From: a virus | Taxonomy: Duplodnaviria > Heunggongvirae > Uroviricota > Caudoviricetes | IMG/VR virus record: IMGVR_UViG_3300031994_000001 | Coordinates: 55,799 to 119,798 of that record | Direction: 5' to 3' (one strand) | DNA: 64,000 nt | Part shown: positions 54,347-63,593 of the stretch, in pieces | Layout of the letters: every line of letters starts with the position of its first letter | Position numbering within the stretch: the stretch's first letter is position 1 | The notes under the pieces: generated by a model | What the model saw: only the letters and a program-made list of their open reading frames with translations | Database searches by the model: none | What the model was told of the DNA's origin: nothing | Made by a program: the position numbers and the translations under genes

Positions 54347-57300
54347 TTATTTATCTCCATTGGTGAAACCGCCCACTTCGCGTTCTTCGAATGATACATC
54401 CTTTCCATACACCCCTGGAACCTTGTATCCCATAGTTCCGATTTCATTACCGTCACTTTGGTATTTTCTGAATGAGACGAATGGCGTGCTGTTCAGTTTC
54501 GGGCCCAATACATAGGAGTAGTTGAAGTTCATTGCCGTATAAAGTCCGACAACGGGTCTCAACATTTCATTTATGTTGTCAGTTATATTGCCGTTTCTGT
54601 TGAACCAACTGCAAAGCATTGTAGGTATAACGTAAGTGTATGCGTCACCGTTTATCATCATTTTCGGGAAATATCCTTCTCCCAAAGGATTTGAAGTCAC
54701 ATTAAACCTTGAAGATGATGTGTTAAATGTTTTTCCGTCAAATTTTTCACCCGATGTGTTTTCTGAAATTTTGCTGCCTTTTATCTTACCGTATTGTGAA
54801 TGGTAAGCCGAATCATACAGAGAATTGTTAGAGTATGAATTGAAAGGCGGTTCGTTTCCGATAAAGACATTGTGGTTAAGCAGTGACTTCTTTGAAATAT
54901 TTTCGCTGTCATAAATTTCAGTGATTATACTTCCTCCGCCATTGCAGAACATATTTCTGCTTGATATAACAGAATACGGCGTGCGTATCATAGACATAGG
55001 CTGCTTATGGAAAATATTAGTATCGGTGAACATACTGTCATCGGGTAAATCAAAGTAACCCGTTTGACCTTTATATGTTTTATATATGCCCATCACGTTA
55101 CATAATGTTTCATTATGGGCAGTTGCACCGTTACACCAATATTTGACATTTGTTTGGGCAAATTGTGAACCTGGCGAAAGCATTCTCAACATACCGTTAA
55201 ATATGCGATGCAGCCCCCTACGGTCATCACTGCTGCCATTCGTATAGTTGTTGTATGCAAACCATTCACACCTTGCTGACACATTGACAACGTTGCCGAC
55301 TTTTTGCCAAGTCTGCTGAACTTGCAAAAGCAATGAGTTTTTGATTTTGCTTGAAACGCTGTTCGTGTTGGTACTTTTGATGAGTTTGAAAAATTTGTCA
55401 TTATCCACCAAGAACACCTCTGGTGCATCACTTCCATTATAGTAGAATCCCATAACATAATTCATAGTACCGCAAAGGAACTGATGGTAGTAAATGTCGT
55501 CTATGCTTACAACAATAGGTTCTTCGTGATAAATGGTGTTCAATGCGCTGACTTGGAGTGTTGAATCGTTCAATGTCTCAATATACGGTGTACCGTCAAT
55601 AGCCCTCGGTTTCGTTACTGCGGAACTTCCGCCACCGCTCATACCTTTTGACGAGCCGCTTCCCGTTCCGCCGCTGCCTCCCGTTGGCATTGTTCTCTGA
55701 TTTACGATAGCCTGCTCCAACTTGCGTTGGTTTGCGTGAGAGTCAATCACAATTCTGTTGCCGTGGATTGCAACATCGGCTACATCGAAGAAATCAATGT
55801 CTTTCGGGTCGGTTGCGCTTATTTCCTCATCAGTCTTGGCTGAACCGTAAACCGTTGATTGTATGGTTTTGTGATTGTTCGGGTTTATACCGATAATCAC
55901 ATTACCGAGATTACGCATATCACCCATAATGGCGGTTGAAGGCAAATGACCACCGCTAATATTGGCATTCTTTCTTATAGCACCGCCGCCGCTAACAAAC
56001 ACGTTACCACCGACATATTTGTGTTGGTTTGCGTTGTCACCGAATCCGCCGCTTGAAACGCTGTCGCCGCCCTGCACAAGTATATCTTCACCGCAAAGAC
56101 CATTGCGACCTTTAAGTTTCAGCATACGTTTAAGCATACGGTCTCCGCTGTTTTTTTGCACATCGTCAAAGACCGTGAGTATTGGTGAAATCAAATCTTT
56201 TTCGTATGCAGCGCAGTTGAGTTGCGAAGAGAATGAAATGGCATACCCGACATCCGTTGTGGTTGTGTTGATGTAACCTATCATAGTCTGCAACACCAAG
56301 TCGGTGTTACCGCTGTCTATACTTGTGTTTGCTGGTTTCATTGCAATATACGGGGCATATCCCTTCGGATTCTGCGAAGCAAGTCTGTCGCTTCCGACAT
56401 ACAATCCGAATGTGTCGGAGTTGATGAAGTTGTTGAAAAATGACGCGCTCTCTATTCCAAGAGAAACACCGTTCTGTGACCAACCCATAACGGTCTTCGG
56501 TACATTGTCGGGGTCTTTCGTCTTGAATTTCGGGAACTTGTTGTCCGAATCTATCACATTGCCGCAATAGACAACGCTGTCGGGTCTGATGTAGATGTCC
56601 TTTATTCTGTTGTTAGGTTCTTTCAGACCGAGATTGTAATTTGCTTCGGGGAACAAAGAACCCGCAAAGTTGCCCTCGTGTTCAATAAACCACTGTGGAG
56701 TGTCAAACCCCACAATGCCGTCTTGGTTGTTGACTGCGACAAGTGCGCGTTTTCCGTTATGCGAGGTGTCGGCATATCCGCTGATTTTGAGTTTGCCTGC
56801 CAAATCAACACATATCGAATCGTTTATTGAGTTTCCTATATGAATGTTGCCTTGGTTCAGTATATTGAAATCAATGCCGTTGCTTGCGCCCATAGTGACA
56901 GCAACATTCTGTGCGCCGCCGCCGAATATCGTTATTGCATTTCCGCTGCTTGTGATGTTCAGCGCACCCTTATCTGACGACTGTGCTATGTTACCGATAA
57001 GACCCGCATTGTCAGTTCCTATGATGACGGGAATGTTGACACGCTGTCTTATGGCGATTTTGTCTTGTATTGAAGTGTGGTATGTGAACGGGCTTTCGGC
57101 AGTGTCTGTTGGATTATATATACAAACCCAATTGCCGCCTTGGTTTTCGTAAATGCTGCCGTCCTCGCTGTTTATATAAACATCACCGTCATCGCCGATG
57201 CCTTGCGGAACGCCTTGACCGTTTATCAATCCGTTTCCCTTTACACCTTGCACGCCTTGGATACCTTGTATTCCGACAGAACCTCTTACACCCTGCACAC

Positions 57301-57418
57301 CTTGAACGCCCTGCACACCGCCGCCTTTCAAAGCCAACAAGTCGAAGTTGAAATTGATTTTGTCAACCATTGAGGAAATGGTGTCACCAGCGTTTATGTC
57401 TTTTATTGGAATGCTCAT
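54347..57418 (-). CDS. Large virion structural protein, tail-fibre-like with collagen-like GXY repeat
   Basis: KINFNFDLL N-terminus, GVQGVQGVQGVRG.. repeat, Gly-rich linkers; TATAAATA at 57435-57442 (minus). Confidence 0.7.
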   Translation of the reverse strand: MSIPIKDINAGDTISSMVDKINFNFDLLALKGGGVQGVQGVQGVRGSVGIQGIQGVQGVKGNGLINGQGVPQGIGDDGDVYINSEDGSIYENQGGNWVCIYNPTDTAESPFTYHTSIQDKIAIRQRVNIPVIIGTDNAGLIGNIAQSSDKGALNITSSGNAITIFGGGAQNVAVTMGASNGIDFNILNQGNIHIGNSINDSICVDLAGKLKISGYADTSHNGKRALVAVNNQDGIVGFDTPQWFIEHEGNFAGSLFPEANYNLGLKEPNNRIKDIYIRPDSVVYCGNVIDSDNKFPKFKTKDPDNVPKTVMGWSQNGVSLGIESASFFNNFINSDTFGLYVGSDRLASQNPKGYAPYIAMKPANTSIDSGNTDLVLQTMIGYINTTTTDVGYAISFSSQLNCAAYEKDLISPILTVFDDVQKNSGDRMLKRMLKLKGRNGLCGEDILVQGGDSVSSGGFGDNANQHKYVGGNVFVSGGGAIRKNANISGGHLPSTAIMGDMRNLGNVIIGINPNNHKTIQSTVYGSAKTDEEISATDPKDIDFFDVADVAIHGNRIVIDSHANQRKLEQAIVNQRTMPTGGSGGTGSGSSKGMSGGGSSAVTKPRAIDGTPYIETLNDSTLQVSALNTIYHEEPIVVSIDDIYYHQFLCGTMNYVMGFYYNGSDAPEVFLVDNDKFFKLIKSTNTNSVSSKIKNSLLLQVQQTWQKVGNVVNVSARCEWFAYNNYTNGSSDDRRGLHRIFNGMLRMLSPGSQFAQTNVKYWCNGATAHNETLCNVMGIYKTYKGQTGYFDLPDDSMFTDTNIFHKQPMSMIRTPYSVISSRNMFCNGGGSIITEIYDSENISKKSLLNHNVFIGNEPPFNSYSNNSLYDSAYHSQYGKIKGSKISENTSGEKFDGKTFNTSSSRFNVTSNPLGEGYFPKMMINGDAYTYVIPTMLCSWFNRNGNITDNINEMLRPVVGLYTAMNFNYSYVLGPKLNSTPFVSFRKYQSDGNEIGTMGYKVPGVYGKDVSFEEREVGGFTNGDK

Positions 57419-57452
57419 TGAAATAGATTTTTAATATTTATAACGTAACAAA

Positions 57453-57481
57453 AAACAACCCGTATTGGTTACGGGTTGTTT
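57453..57481 (-). terminator. Terminator hairpin
   Basis: AAACAACCCGTA-TTGGT-TACGGGTTGTTT. Confidence 0.8.
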
Positions 57482-57648
57482 GTCGGTGCATTTGGGTTGC
57501 TTGAAACAAACACGGGCGGCTTTTCAGACCAACCGTGAAAGTTCTTGTGCCAACCGTGAAAGTTATTGTAAGCCCGAATCCATTTCATTTTCTCTATCTT
57601 GTCTGGCAATCGTTTCAACTGCTCCTTTGTAATGGGTTTTATGTTCAT
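57469..57648 (-). CDS. 59-aa mini-ORF beginning with only the second half of the leader (MNIKPITKEQL)
   Basis: Manually translated; ATGA overlap with upstream stop; contains NFHGW x2. Confidence 0.55.
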   Translation of the reverse strand: MNIKPITKEQLKRLPDKIEKMKWIRAYNNFHGWHKNFHGWSEKPPVFVSSNPNAPTNNP

Positions 57649-58703
57649 TGCAATATGCTTTTGTAGTCGTACAGAATCTTGTGCATTTTGTGCAGGTATT
57701 TGTCAAGCACGTCAATCAGATACTCGCACATTTTTTTATATGAATGGTCAACTCCAAGAGGCTTTTTGAGTTTTTGGAACATTGTCGTAAAGTCGCTTAC
57801 GAACTTTTCGTCAAGCAGTTTTTCGGCAGTCGCCTCGTCTATGTTTGTTTGCAGTATCCGCTTTATGCTTATGTATCGCTTATATATATCGCAATCATAT
57901 TCACTGACCGTGCTTGATACGGAAAGTTGGTTCGAGAATGTCTGCAAGTATGCGTTCATTTCGGTTTTGGCGAAATAGTAGGGGAGCATATATAAAAAAT
58001 CCCGAAGGTGGTTCTCGGACAAAAGGTAGTCTTTGTCAACATTGTAAGTCTTGCCGCTCCACGACCCGAATGCCACAAGGGTCACTGTTTTCTTGTCTAT
58101 GCCGTTTGCCTTGCGGTACGCCTTGTATATCTTTTTCATACGGTTTATCTGCATACGCTCGAATCCCTTTATGAAATATGTATCGTATGCGTGCATAAAC
58201 TCGTGCTTGACTGTGCCTGCGAGTTCTTGGTCGAAAAAGGTCGAAGCGATGAACTCACCCACACTCATACGACACTCATAGGCAAGGCGGTATGTGTTGA
58301 TATAGATTATGTGTTCACGGGAATCCCCGCCGAGTCTGACGGTCTTATGGCTTCCGTGTTCGTTGCCCATCGTTGACAGAATGCGGGCTTGGTCGTGCAT
58401 AAGCCGCCTGCTTCTGATGTCCCTTCCGACTGAAATTTTCACGCCTATTGTTGATTGGACATCAATGAGGAACACGGGGTAATGAAACTCCCGTTTCTGT
58501 TCCTTGAACCAAGCGGTTATGTCGTTATAGTCCCAATAGTAGTAGTTGATGAATTTCTTTTTGTCGTATTGGAGTTTTTTCTTGGTTGAATGCGTAACCT
58601 GCCACTTGACAAAATCGCCTATGTCAACTGCGAGAGCGTCAAGCGAATTGTCACCTCCGAGCAGGTGATGCGCCTCAACCAAAAATTCAAGTCTGTCATT
58701 CAT
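57645..58703 (-). CDS. Hypothetical protein with HExxH zinc-binding motif
   Basis: TVKHEFMHAYD ... EMNAY. Confidence 0.65.
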   Translation of the reverse strand: MNDRLEFLVEAHHLLGGDNSLDALAVDIGDFVKWQVTHSTKKKLQYDKKKFINYYYWDYNDITAWFKEQKREFHYPVFLIDVQSTIGVKISVGRDIRSRRLMHDQARILSTMGNEHGSHKTVRLGGDSREHIIYINTYRLAYECRMSVGEFIASTFFDQELAGTVKHEFMHAYDTYFIKGFERMQINRMKKIYKAYRKANGIDKKTVTLVAFGSWSGKTYNVDKDYLLSENHLRDFLYMLPYYFAKTEMNAYLQTFSNQLSVSSTVSEYDCDIYKRYISIKRILQTNIDEATAEKLLDEKFVSDFTTMFQKLKKPLGVDHSYKKMCEYLIDVLDKYLHKMHKILYDYKSILQ

Positions 58704-59698
58704 TATTTCGGGTTCACTTTGTCACAGAATACGTTTTCGTCATAGTATTTCTCTATGGCGTTCTTGTAGAAGAGCATTTTCTCCTCGCTTATCGGCGTGT
58801 AGTCGTGAGCGTCAACACCAACATTCAATCCGTTGCGTTTAACCATACCCTTTTCGTGTATGTGTCCAAAAAGGTAGAACGCCTTTTCTTCGGGCAGTTC
58901 AGTCAAAGGTTCGTGTACGCAGCAGATGTCTTTGAATCGCATAATGTCGCCAACGGAATCCTTAACGAGAACACGCGGGTTGTTCACGGCAAAGTTGGGG
59001 TCGTCACGCTCATAATTCCCTTTAAGGTAAATCATAGAACCGAAGTTCAGTTTGTCAAGAACAGACAGTTCGCCGAAGTCTCCGAGGTGAAAAACGAAAT
59101 CGTCTGCATAGACGGTTTTGTTCCAATTCGATATGAGGGTCAAATCCATCTCGTTCACGTTCAAGAACGGTCTTTGGCTTAACTCCAAGTGTCTGTCAGA
59201 ACCGAAGTGTGTGTCGGAAGTGAAGAAAAGTTTTGCAACCCTCTTGTATTTGTTGACAACTGCGGTTGCGACATCAGCCATAGTTGTATAGACGGGTATG
59301 CCCTTTTTCTCGCACACCCATTTGATGTATTCGCATTTCTCACTGCCTTCGGGTATGCCGACAATCAGAGCCTGCGGTGCTTTTCCGCTCCAAATCCCGA
59401 ACTCTATGTTTGTTGTGAAAGCGGGGTGTTTGTCGCTTCTGTCAATCCAAAAAACTATTGTTGACGCTATGTGCAATCCCTCGGTCTCCCAAGAACACTG
59501 CTTGTCATAATAAGTTTCGTCTGACGTGTCGTAGTTCGGGTTTGTCGGGTTTATGATATCGCCCGTGAACCCCGCCGCTTCGAGTTCTGAAATCATTTCT
59601 TCGCGCCAATCAACCTCATTCTTTTTGCGCGGGCAAGCCCCTGCAAGGAATATGGCGTTTTTAAGATTTTTCAATTCTTCCAATGGTTTGTATATCAT
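58703..59698 (-). CDS. Nucleoside 2-deoxyribosyltransferase-like domain fused to calcineurin-like phosphoesterase
   Basis: IFLAG...DWR...INP...WE...IEFG; FTSDTHFG, HLGDF, GNYE, GHIH. Confidence 0.85.
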   Translation of the reverse strand: MIYKPLEELKNLKNAIFLAGACPRKKNEVDWREEMISELEAAGFTGDIINPTNPNYDTSDETYYDKQCSWETEGLHIASTIVFWIDRSDKHPAFTTNIEFGIWSGKAPQALIVGIPEGSEKCEYIKWVCEKKGIPVYTTMADVATAVVNKYKRVAKLFFTSDTHFGSDRHLELSQRPFLNVNEMDLTLISNWNKTVYADDFVFHLGDFGELSVLDKLNFGSMIYLKGNYERDDPNFAVNNPRVLVKDSVGDIMRFKDICCVHEPLTELPEEKAFYLFGHIHEKGMVKRNGLNVGVDAHDYTPISEEKMLFYKNAIEKYYDENVFCDKVNPK

Positions 59699-59706
59699 AT
59701 TGTTTT

Positions 59707-60714
59707 TTATATTTCATAGGTATTCTGTTTAATGGGTTCTAAACCGAATTTATCGTATCGTTCCTTGAACAGTTTTCCCATCATATTTATAAAAACGGGG
59801 TTCTCTCCTATCTCCACATACTCCTTGGTACACAGAGTGTTGACCTTTTCTCTGTTCTCGTTTATGACGGTTGTTATAGCCAAATACGGGTACGGAACAT
59901 ACACGTTCTTGAACTCTGTCGCGCTTTGGTAGAGCAGCGGCAAATCCTCACAAGCAAGCGTGTCAACATAGCCGCCCAACTTTTTCAACACACGCTTTCT
60001 GCCGACAAAACGCTCGCACCCGTAATTGAACAAAGTCCACGGGTCTCCCGTCTTGCGTATGTTGGCATATTCATATTTGAAAGCACCTTGGTATTCGAGG
60101 TAGTATTTTCCATATTGGAGATAGCCGTTTTTCTGAACGTGCGAATCCGCGTATTCTCTGAACGCGCTGTCATTCTCGTAAAGCGACTTGTATTCTTCCG
60201 TGCGCTCGAACAGCCAAAACCCGTCAATGCCGCACCATATTGTGTTGGTCGTGTGAGTGTACATATCGCCGTTCACGCAGGACATAGCCATAGAATCGAT
60301 GATGTCGAAGTTGATTATGTCGGCATCGGTGTCGTTGACAGCCATTGCCATATATTCAAGTGACCTTGTGTTGATAAAATCGTCATAGTCAAGCGTTACG
60401 ATTATATCGTCATCGCCGCAGGTGGTGAGTTCCACACATTTGTTTTTGAGTTTTCCGACCCTGCCGTTTTCAAGAAGCCTATCATCGTTCATAGGGTCGT
60501 GATAGACCTTTATCTTGCCCCTGCATTCAGCGGCATAGTCGCTTCCCATTCCGTCATCGAAAAAACGATTCACATATTCCTCGGCGAATCCTTCCTCCGA
60601 GTTGTCAAGTATGATGTATTCCCAATTCTTGTATGTCTGTTGGCATACACCGAGCAGTCGGAGATTCCACCAAGGAAGCAGTTTGTGGGCAGGTGTTATC
60701 AGACTAATCATCAA
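59707..60714 (-). CDS. Glycosyltransferase family 2
   Basis: ISLITP, QQTYKNWEYIILDNS, LDYDD, CEDL. Confidence 0.85.
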   Translation of the reverse strand: MMISLITPAHKLLPWWNLRLLGVCQQTYKNWEYIILDNSEEGFAEEYVNRFFDDGMGSDYAAECRGKIKVYHDPMNDDRLLENGRVGKLKNKCVELTTCGDDDIIVTLDYDDFINTRSLEYMAMAVNDTDADIINFDIIDSMAMSCVNGDMYTHTTNTIWCGIDGFWLFERTEEYKSLYENDSAFREYADSHVQKNGYLQYGKYYLEYQGAFKYEYANIRKTGDPWTLFNYGCERFVGRKRVLKKLGGYVDTLACEDLPLLYQSATEFKNVYVPYPYLAITTVINENREKVNTLCTKEYVEIGENPVFINMMGKLFKERYDKFGLEPIKQNTYEI

Positions 60715-61502
60715 AACGGGAGGTTGTAGAGGTTTTCGGAATCATCCCTCTTTTCAAGGAGGTAATCGTATTTCTCGTGATAATTCTTTACAAGGCGGAG
60801 GAATTGGCGAAGCCAACTTTTCAATTCGTCCTTTGTCACGATAACCAACTGCGGTATATCGTTCTCAACGGCAATCCACAGTTCAGCGTGGTCAAGCACG
60901 ACACCGTGCATTTGGTAGTAGGCGAGGAAATATGCCGACAGTTGCAGATAGTAGTTGGTAAGATACTCTTGTGTTTTTTTCCTGCGGGCGGTCTTGAAGT
61001 CAAGCAGCACGTTCTGCCCGTTTTTGTTTCGGTAAACACAGTCAACACGACCCGCGTAGCCGCCCTGCTCGAATGAGTAAAGAGTGTTTTCCATTTCGAT
61101 AATGGAATCCACGCGCTCGAAGAATCCGCATAAGTAAAGGCTGTCGAAAAGTTTGTCGCCGCAGGCAAGTTCCTCCGCAGTATAACCCTCGTTCTTGGCG
61201 AACTCAATCATCTTCCTGCTGACATCATCGAACCTGCGCTTTCTGTCCTCAATATCGGAAGTGAACCAATATTCGAGTTTTTGGTGCATACAAGTCCCTC
61301 TGTTGGCGGAGAATGTTGATATTCTGTCAGCCTCTTCCTCCCCGATTCTCCTGCGCCAAGCGTCAAGGCTCGAATGGTCGGTCATAGCACCCAATATGGT
61401 GGTGACTGAAGGCAGTTTCGACAGTTTCCCGTCAAGTTGTATGTTGTAATACCGCTTGTTGTCTATTGTCTCGGTAAGTGACAGACTTTCCGCTGTTGCC
61501 AT
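60711..61502 (-). CDS. PD-(D/E)XK exonuclease (Cas4/RecB-like phage family)
   Basis: LPSVTTIL, RGTCMH, AGRVDC, LLDFKT, YYLQLSAY. Confidence 0.9.
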   Translation of the reverse strand: MATAESLSLTETIDNKRYYNIQLDGKLSKLPSVTTILGAMTDHSSLDAWRRRIGEEEADRISTFSANRGTCMHQKLEYWFTSDIEDRKRRFDDVSRKMIEFAKNEGYTAEELACGDKLFDSLYLCGFFERVDSIIEMENTLYSFEQGGYAGRVDCVYRNKNGQNVLLDFKTARRKKTQEYLTNYYLQLSAYFLAYYQMHGVVLDHAELWIAVENDIPQLVIVTKDELKSWLRQFLRLVKNYHEKYDYLLEKRDDSENLYNLPF

Positions 61503-61508
61503 TTTGTA

Positions 61509-61955
61509 TTAAATTAAGGTGAGTAAATATTTCGTGAGATAAACCAATCCCGTGATGATGCCTCCCAAGCCGACAAAGTATGCGCCGACAACTGCGGGCT
61601 TGCTCCATTTTCTTGCGGCAGAAAGCACGATAAGGAGCGAGTTCGTGTTCTCGAACATTTCGTATTTGTCGGGATATACAATCAAGTCGGCGAGACGGAG
61701 TTTCGTCAGAAGTTCGGAAGCGGGAATGAGTTGCTGCTTGATATACGTGTCAATCATCATATTGCGGATTTCGTAGTCCTTTCTTGAATTGATTGGCATT
61801 TGCATTATTTCTTCGGGTATGTTGATGACTGTGTATATCCTGCCAATCCAATCACAGAAGAAACCGACTTCCTCAAGTTCCTTCGCGTGTTCCTTGACAG
61901 TTGTGCGCACGACTTTCCAAATCTGCCACTCCTTTATCATTTTCTTTATAATCAT
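61509..61955 (-). CDS. Hypothetical protein with C-terminal TM
   Basis: DWIGRIYTVIN; hydrophobic C-terminus. Confidence 0.65.
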   Translation of the reverse strand: MIIKKMIKEWQIWKVVRTTVKEHAKELEEVGFFCDWIGRIYTVINIPEEIMQMPINSRKDYEIRNMMIDTYIKQQLIPASELLTKLRLADLIVYPDKYEMFENTNSLLIVLSAARKWSKPAVVGAYFVGLGGIITGLVYLTKYLLTLI

Positions 61956-62641
61956 CTCTTTCCGCTTTTTAACTGTTTGACAACTTTTTTGACCATATTC
62001 ATTTCTATCGGAGCGAACTCCCAAAAGTCCGTTCTGACATTGACGCGACCTTCGGCGATATTGGTTTCGGCTTTTCCGCCGTGGAAGTTCAACACACCGT
62101 TTTCCTTACCCTCCCATTCGACCAAAGGAACTGTTGACAGCACTACGCCATATTCGGGCATCTCGAAAATCTGCGTTTTCAGAATAGTCAAATCCTGCAT
62201 CAAGTCGGATTTGATAATCAGCGTGTTCAACGCTTGCTCTGGCGAACTAACCCCGAAGTTGTCGCAGGCGATGTCGAACAGTATGTTGTCGCTCTTGACA
62301 TTGAAGTCTTTGAGAATGTTAGCCGCGCTCTTTGTATCCTCCATCATAAGGTTGTCAAGCAGGCTTCTGTCTGAACGGATGGAGTATTTGTCGTTGGCTG
62401 TCGGAATAAGTATCTTCATTCCGCGCAGCGTTTCGAGGGTGTTCCTCATTATGAACGGGTTATACACGAAATTTCCAAGGATGAACACTATGTCGAAATC
62501 GCCGACCGTGGTGTTCCACTTTTCGATTATCGCGTTGTTCATTTGATAAGTGCCGTCAAACGGTCTTGAAAACTCCGTGATGGCATTCGGTCTGTCAAGC
62601 CAAAGGTCTGACGTGAAAAAAATCTTCGTTTTCTTTTTCAT
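61952..62641 (-). CDS. Degenerate calcineurin-like phosphoesterase
   Basis: FFTSDLWL, WNTTVGDFDIVFILGNF, FHGG; metal ligands altered. Confidence 0.7.
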   Translation of the reverse strand: MKKKTKIFFTSDLWLDRPNAITEFSRPFDGTYQMNNAIIEKWNTTVGDFDIVFILGNFVYNPFIMRNTLETLRGMKILIPTANDKYSIRSDRSLLDNLMMEDTKSAANILKDFNVKSDNILFDIACDNFGVSSPEQALNTLIIKSDLMQDLTILKTQIFEMPEYGVVLSTVPLVEWEGKENGVLNFHGGKAETNIAEGRVNVRTDFWEFAPIEMNMVKKVVKQLKSGKR

Positions 62642-62643
62642 TA

Positions 62644-63114
62644 TTAGAAATCGTCATTAGTTATCAATAAATCATATCCCTTGAATCCATCGAACTGCGC
62701 CTTGTCTGCCGCGAGCCGTCTGTCAACGGTGTCCGCGTCACATCTTTCTGCAAGACGCTTGCGCCGAGTTTCCTCATCGGGACACAATAATATAATAAAA
62801 AATTCCGATTTCCGCTTACCGAGCATTGAAATATATTCGGGTGTCATAACAAACAAGTCGCAGGAAGCCAAGTCATCGTTGAGTATCCCGTACTTCCAAC
62901 CGTTGTATGTATGGTGAACGCCGAAGCCACCGTGTTCGAGTATGAAGTCGAAATCGTCCTCGGAGACGAATGTGTAGTCGCTGTCTGTCTCACCTATTCT
63001 CATAGGTCTTGTCGTGTACGGTTTGCCGTAAACCATACCTTTTTTTTCAAGCCGTCTGCGCAGGGTGTCCTTACCCGATGCGCCTGGACCCGCAATTATA
63101 ATTTTCAAGTTCAT
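62644..63114 (-). CDS. Guanylate-kinase-like NMP kinase
   Basis: GPGASGKD, YTTRPMRIGE, Y.F, YNGWKYG. Confidence 0.85.
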   Translation of the reverse strand: MNLKIIIAGPGASGKDTLRRRLEKKGMVYGKPYTTRPMRIGETDSDYTFVSEDDFDFILEHGGFGVHHTYNGWKYGILNDDLASCDLFVMTPEYISMLGKRKSEFFIILLCPDEETRRKRLAERCDADTVDRRLAADKAQFDGFKGYDLLITNDDF

Positions 63115-63160
63115 TTCTTTTCGGATTTAGATGGATGAATTATTTATGCTTTTCTAAATG

Positions 63161-63586
63161 TCAAAACAATGGATGAATTTTGGACAGTATGCAATCAAAC
63201 CGTGCATATCTGTTACTCTTTTTTTCACCAAGATGTTTCAGAGACAACGGATTGTTGCAATTTTCTTTCTGTGTTACCCATCGCAAGTTGCTTACAAGTG
63301 TCCCGTCAACATCAACGACATTGTTTTGCCGATTGGTATCAATATGGTCTATGCAAGGTTTGTTTTCTGGATTCGGTAAAAACGCTTCCGCGACAAGTCT
63401 ATGCACTGTGTATAATTTACCATCAATGCCAACAATCAAATATCCGTGACCGTTGTCGGTCAATTTACAGAGTTTTGCATAACCCTTGTTGCGCCAATTC
63501 AAGCATTTTACCCGTCCAAAATTACTTACTTGATAGCGAGAATTTTCGATGCCGTTGATTATCACAGTTTTCCAATATTCACCCAT
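63161..63586 (-). CDS. NUMOD4-HNH homing endonuclease
   Basis: YQVSNFGRVK, VHRLVAEAFLPNPENKPCIDHID, NLRWVT.KEN. Confidence 0.85.
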   Translation of the reverse strand: MGEYWKTVIINGIENSRYQVSNFGRVKCLNWRNKGYAKLCKLTDNGHGYLIVGIDGKLYTVHRLVAEAFLPNPENKPCIDHIDTNRQNNVVDVDGTLVSNLRWVTQKENCNNPLSLKHLGEKKSNRYARFDCILSKIHPLF

Positions 63587-63593
63587 ATTTAAT

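Noticed and set aside
60711-61502. Cas4-like nuclease as evidence of a phage CRISPR system
   Set aside because: Stand-alone PD-(D/E)XK exonucleases are routine in phages; no array or other cas genes in the window
63161-63240. Possible frameshift at the A8 run truncating the HNH endonuclease
   Set aside because: Alternative frames give no recognisable longer C-terminal domain; cannot support a pseudogene call
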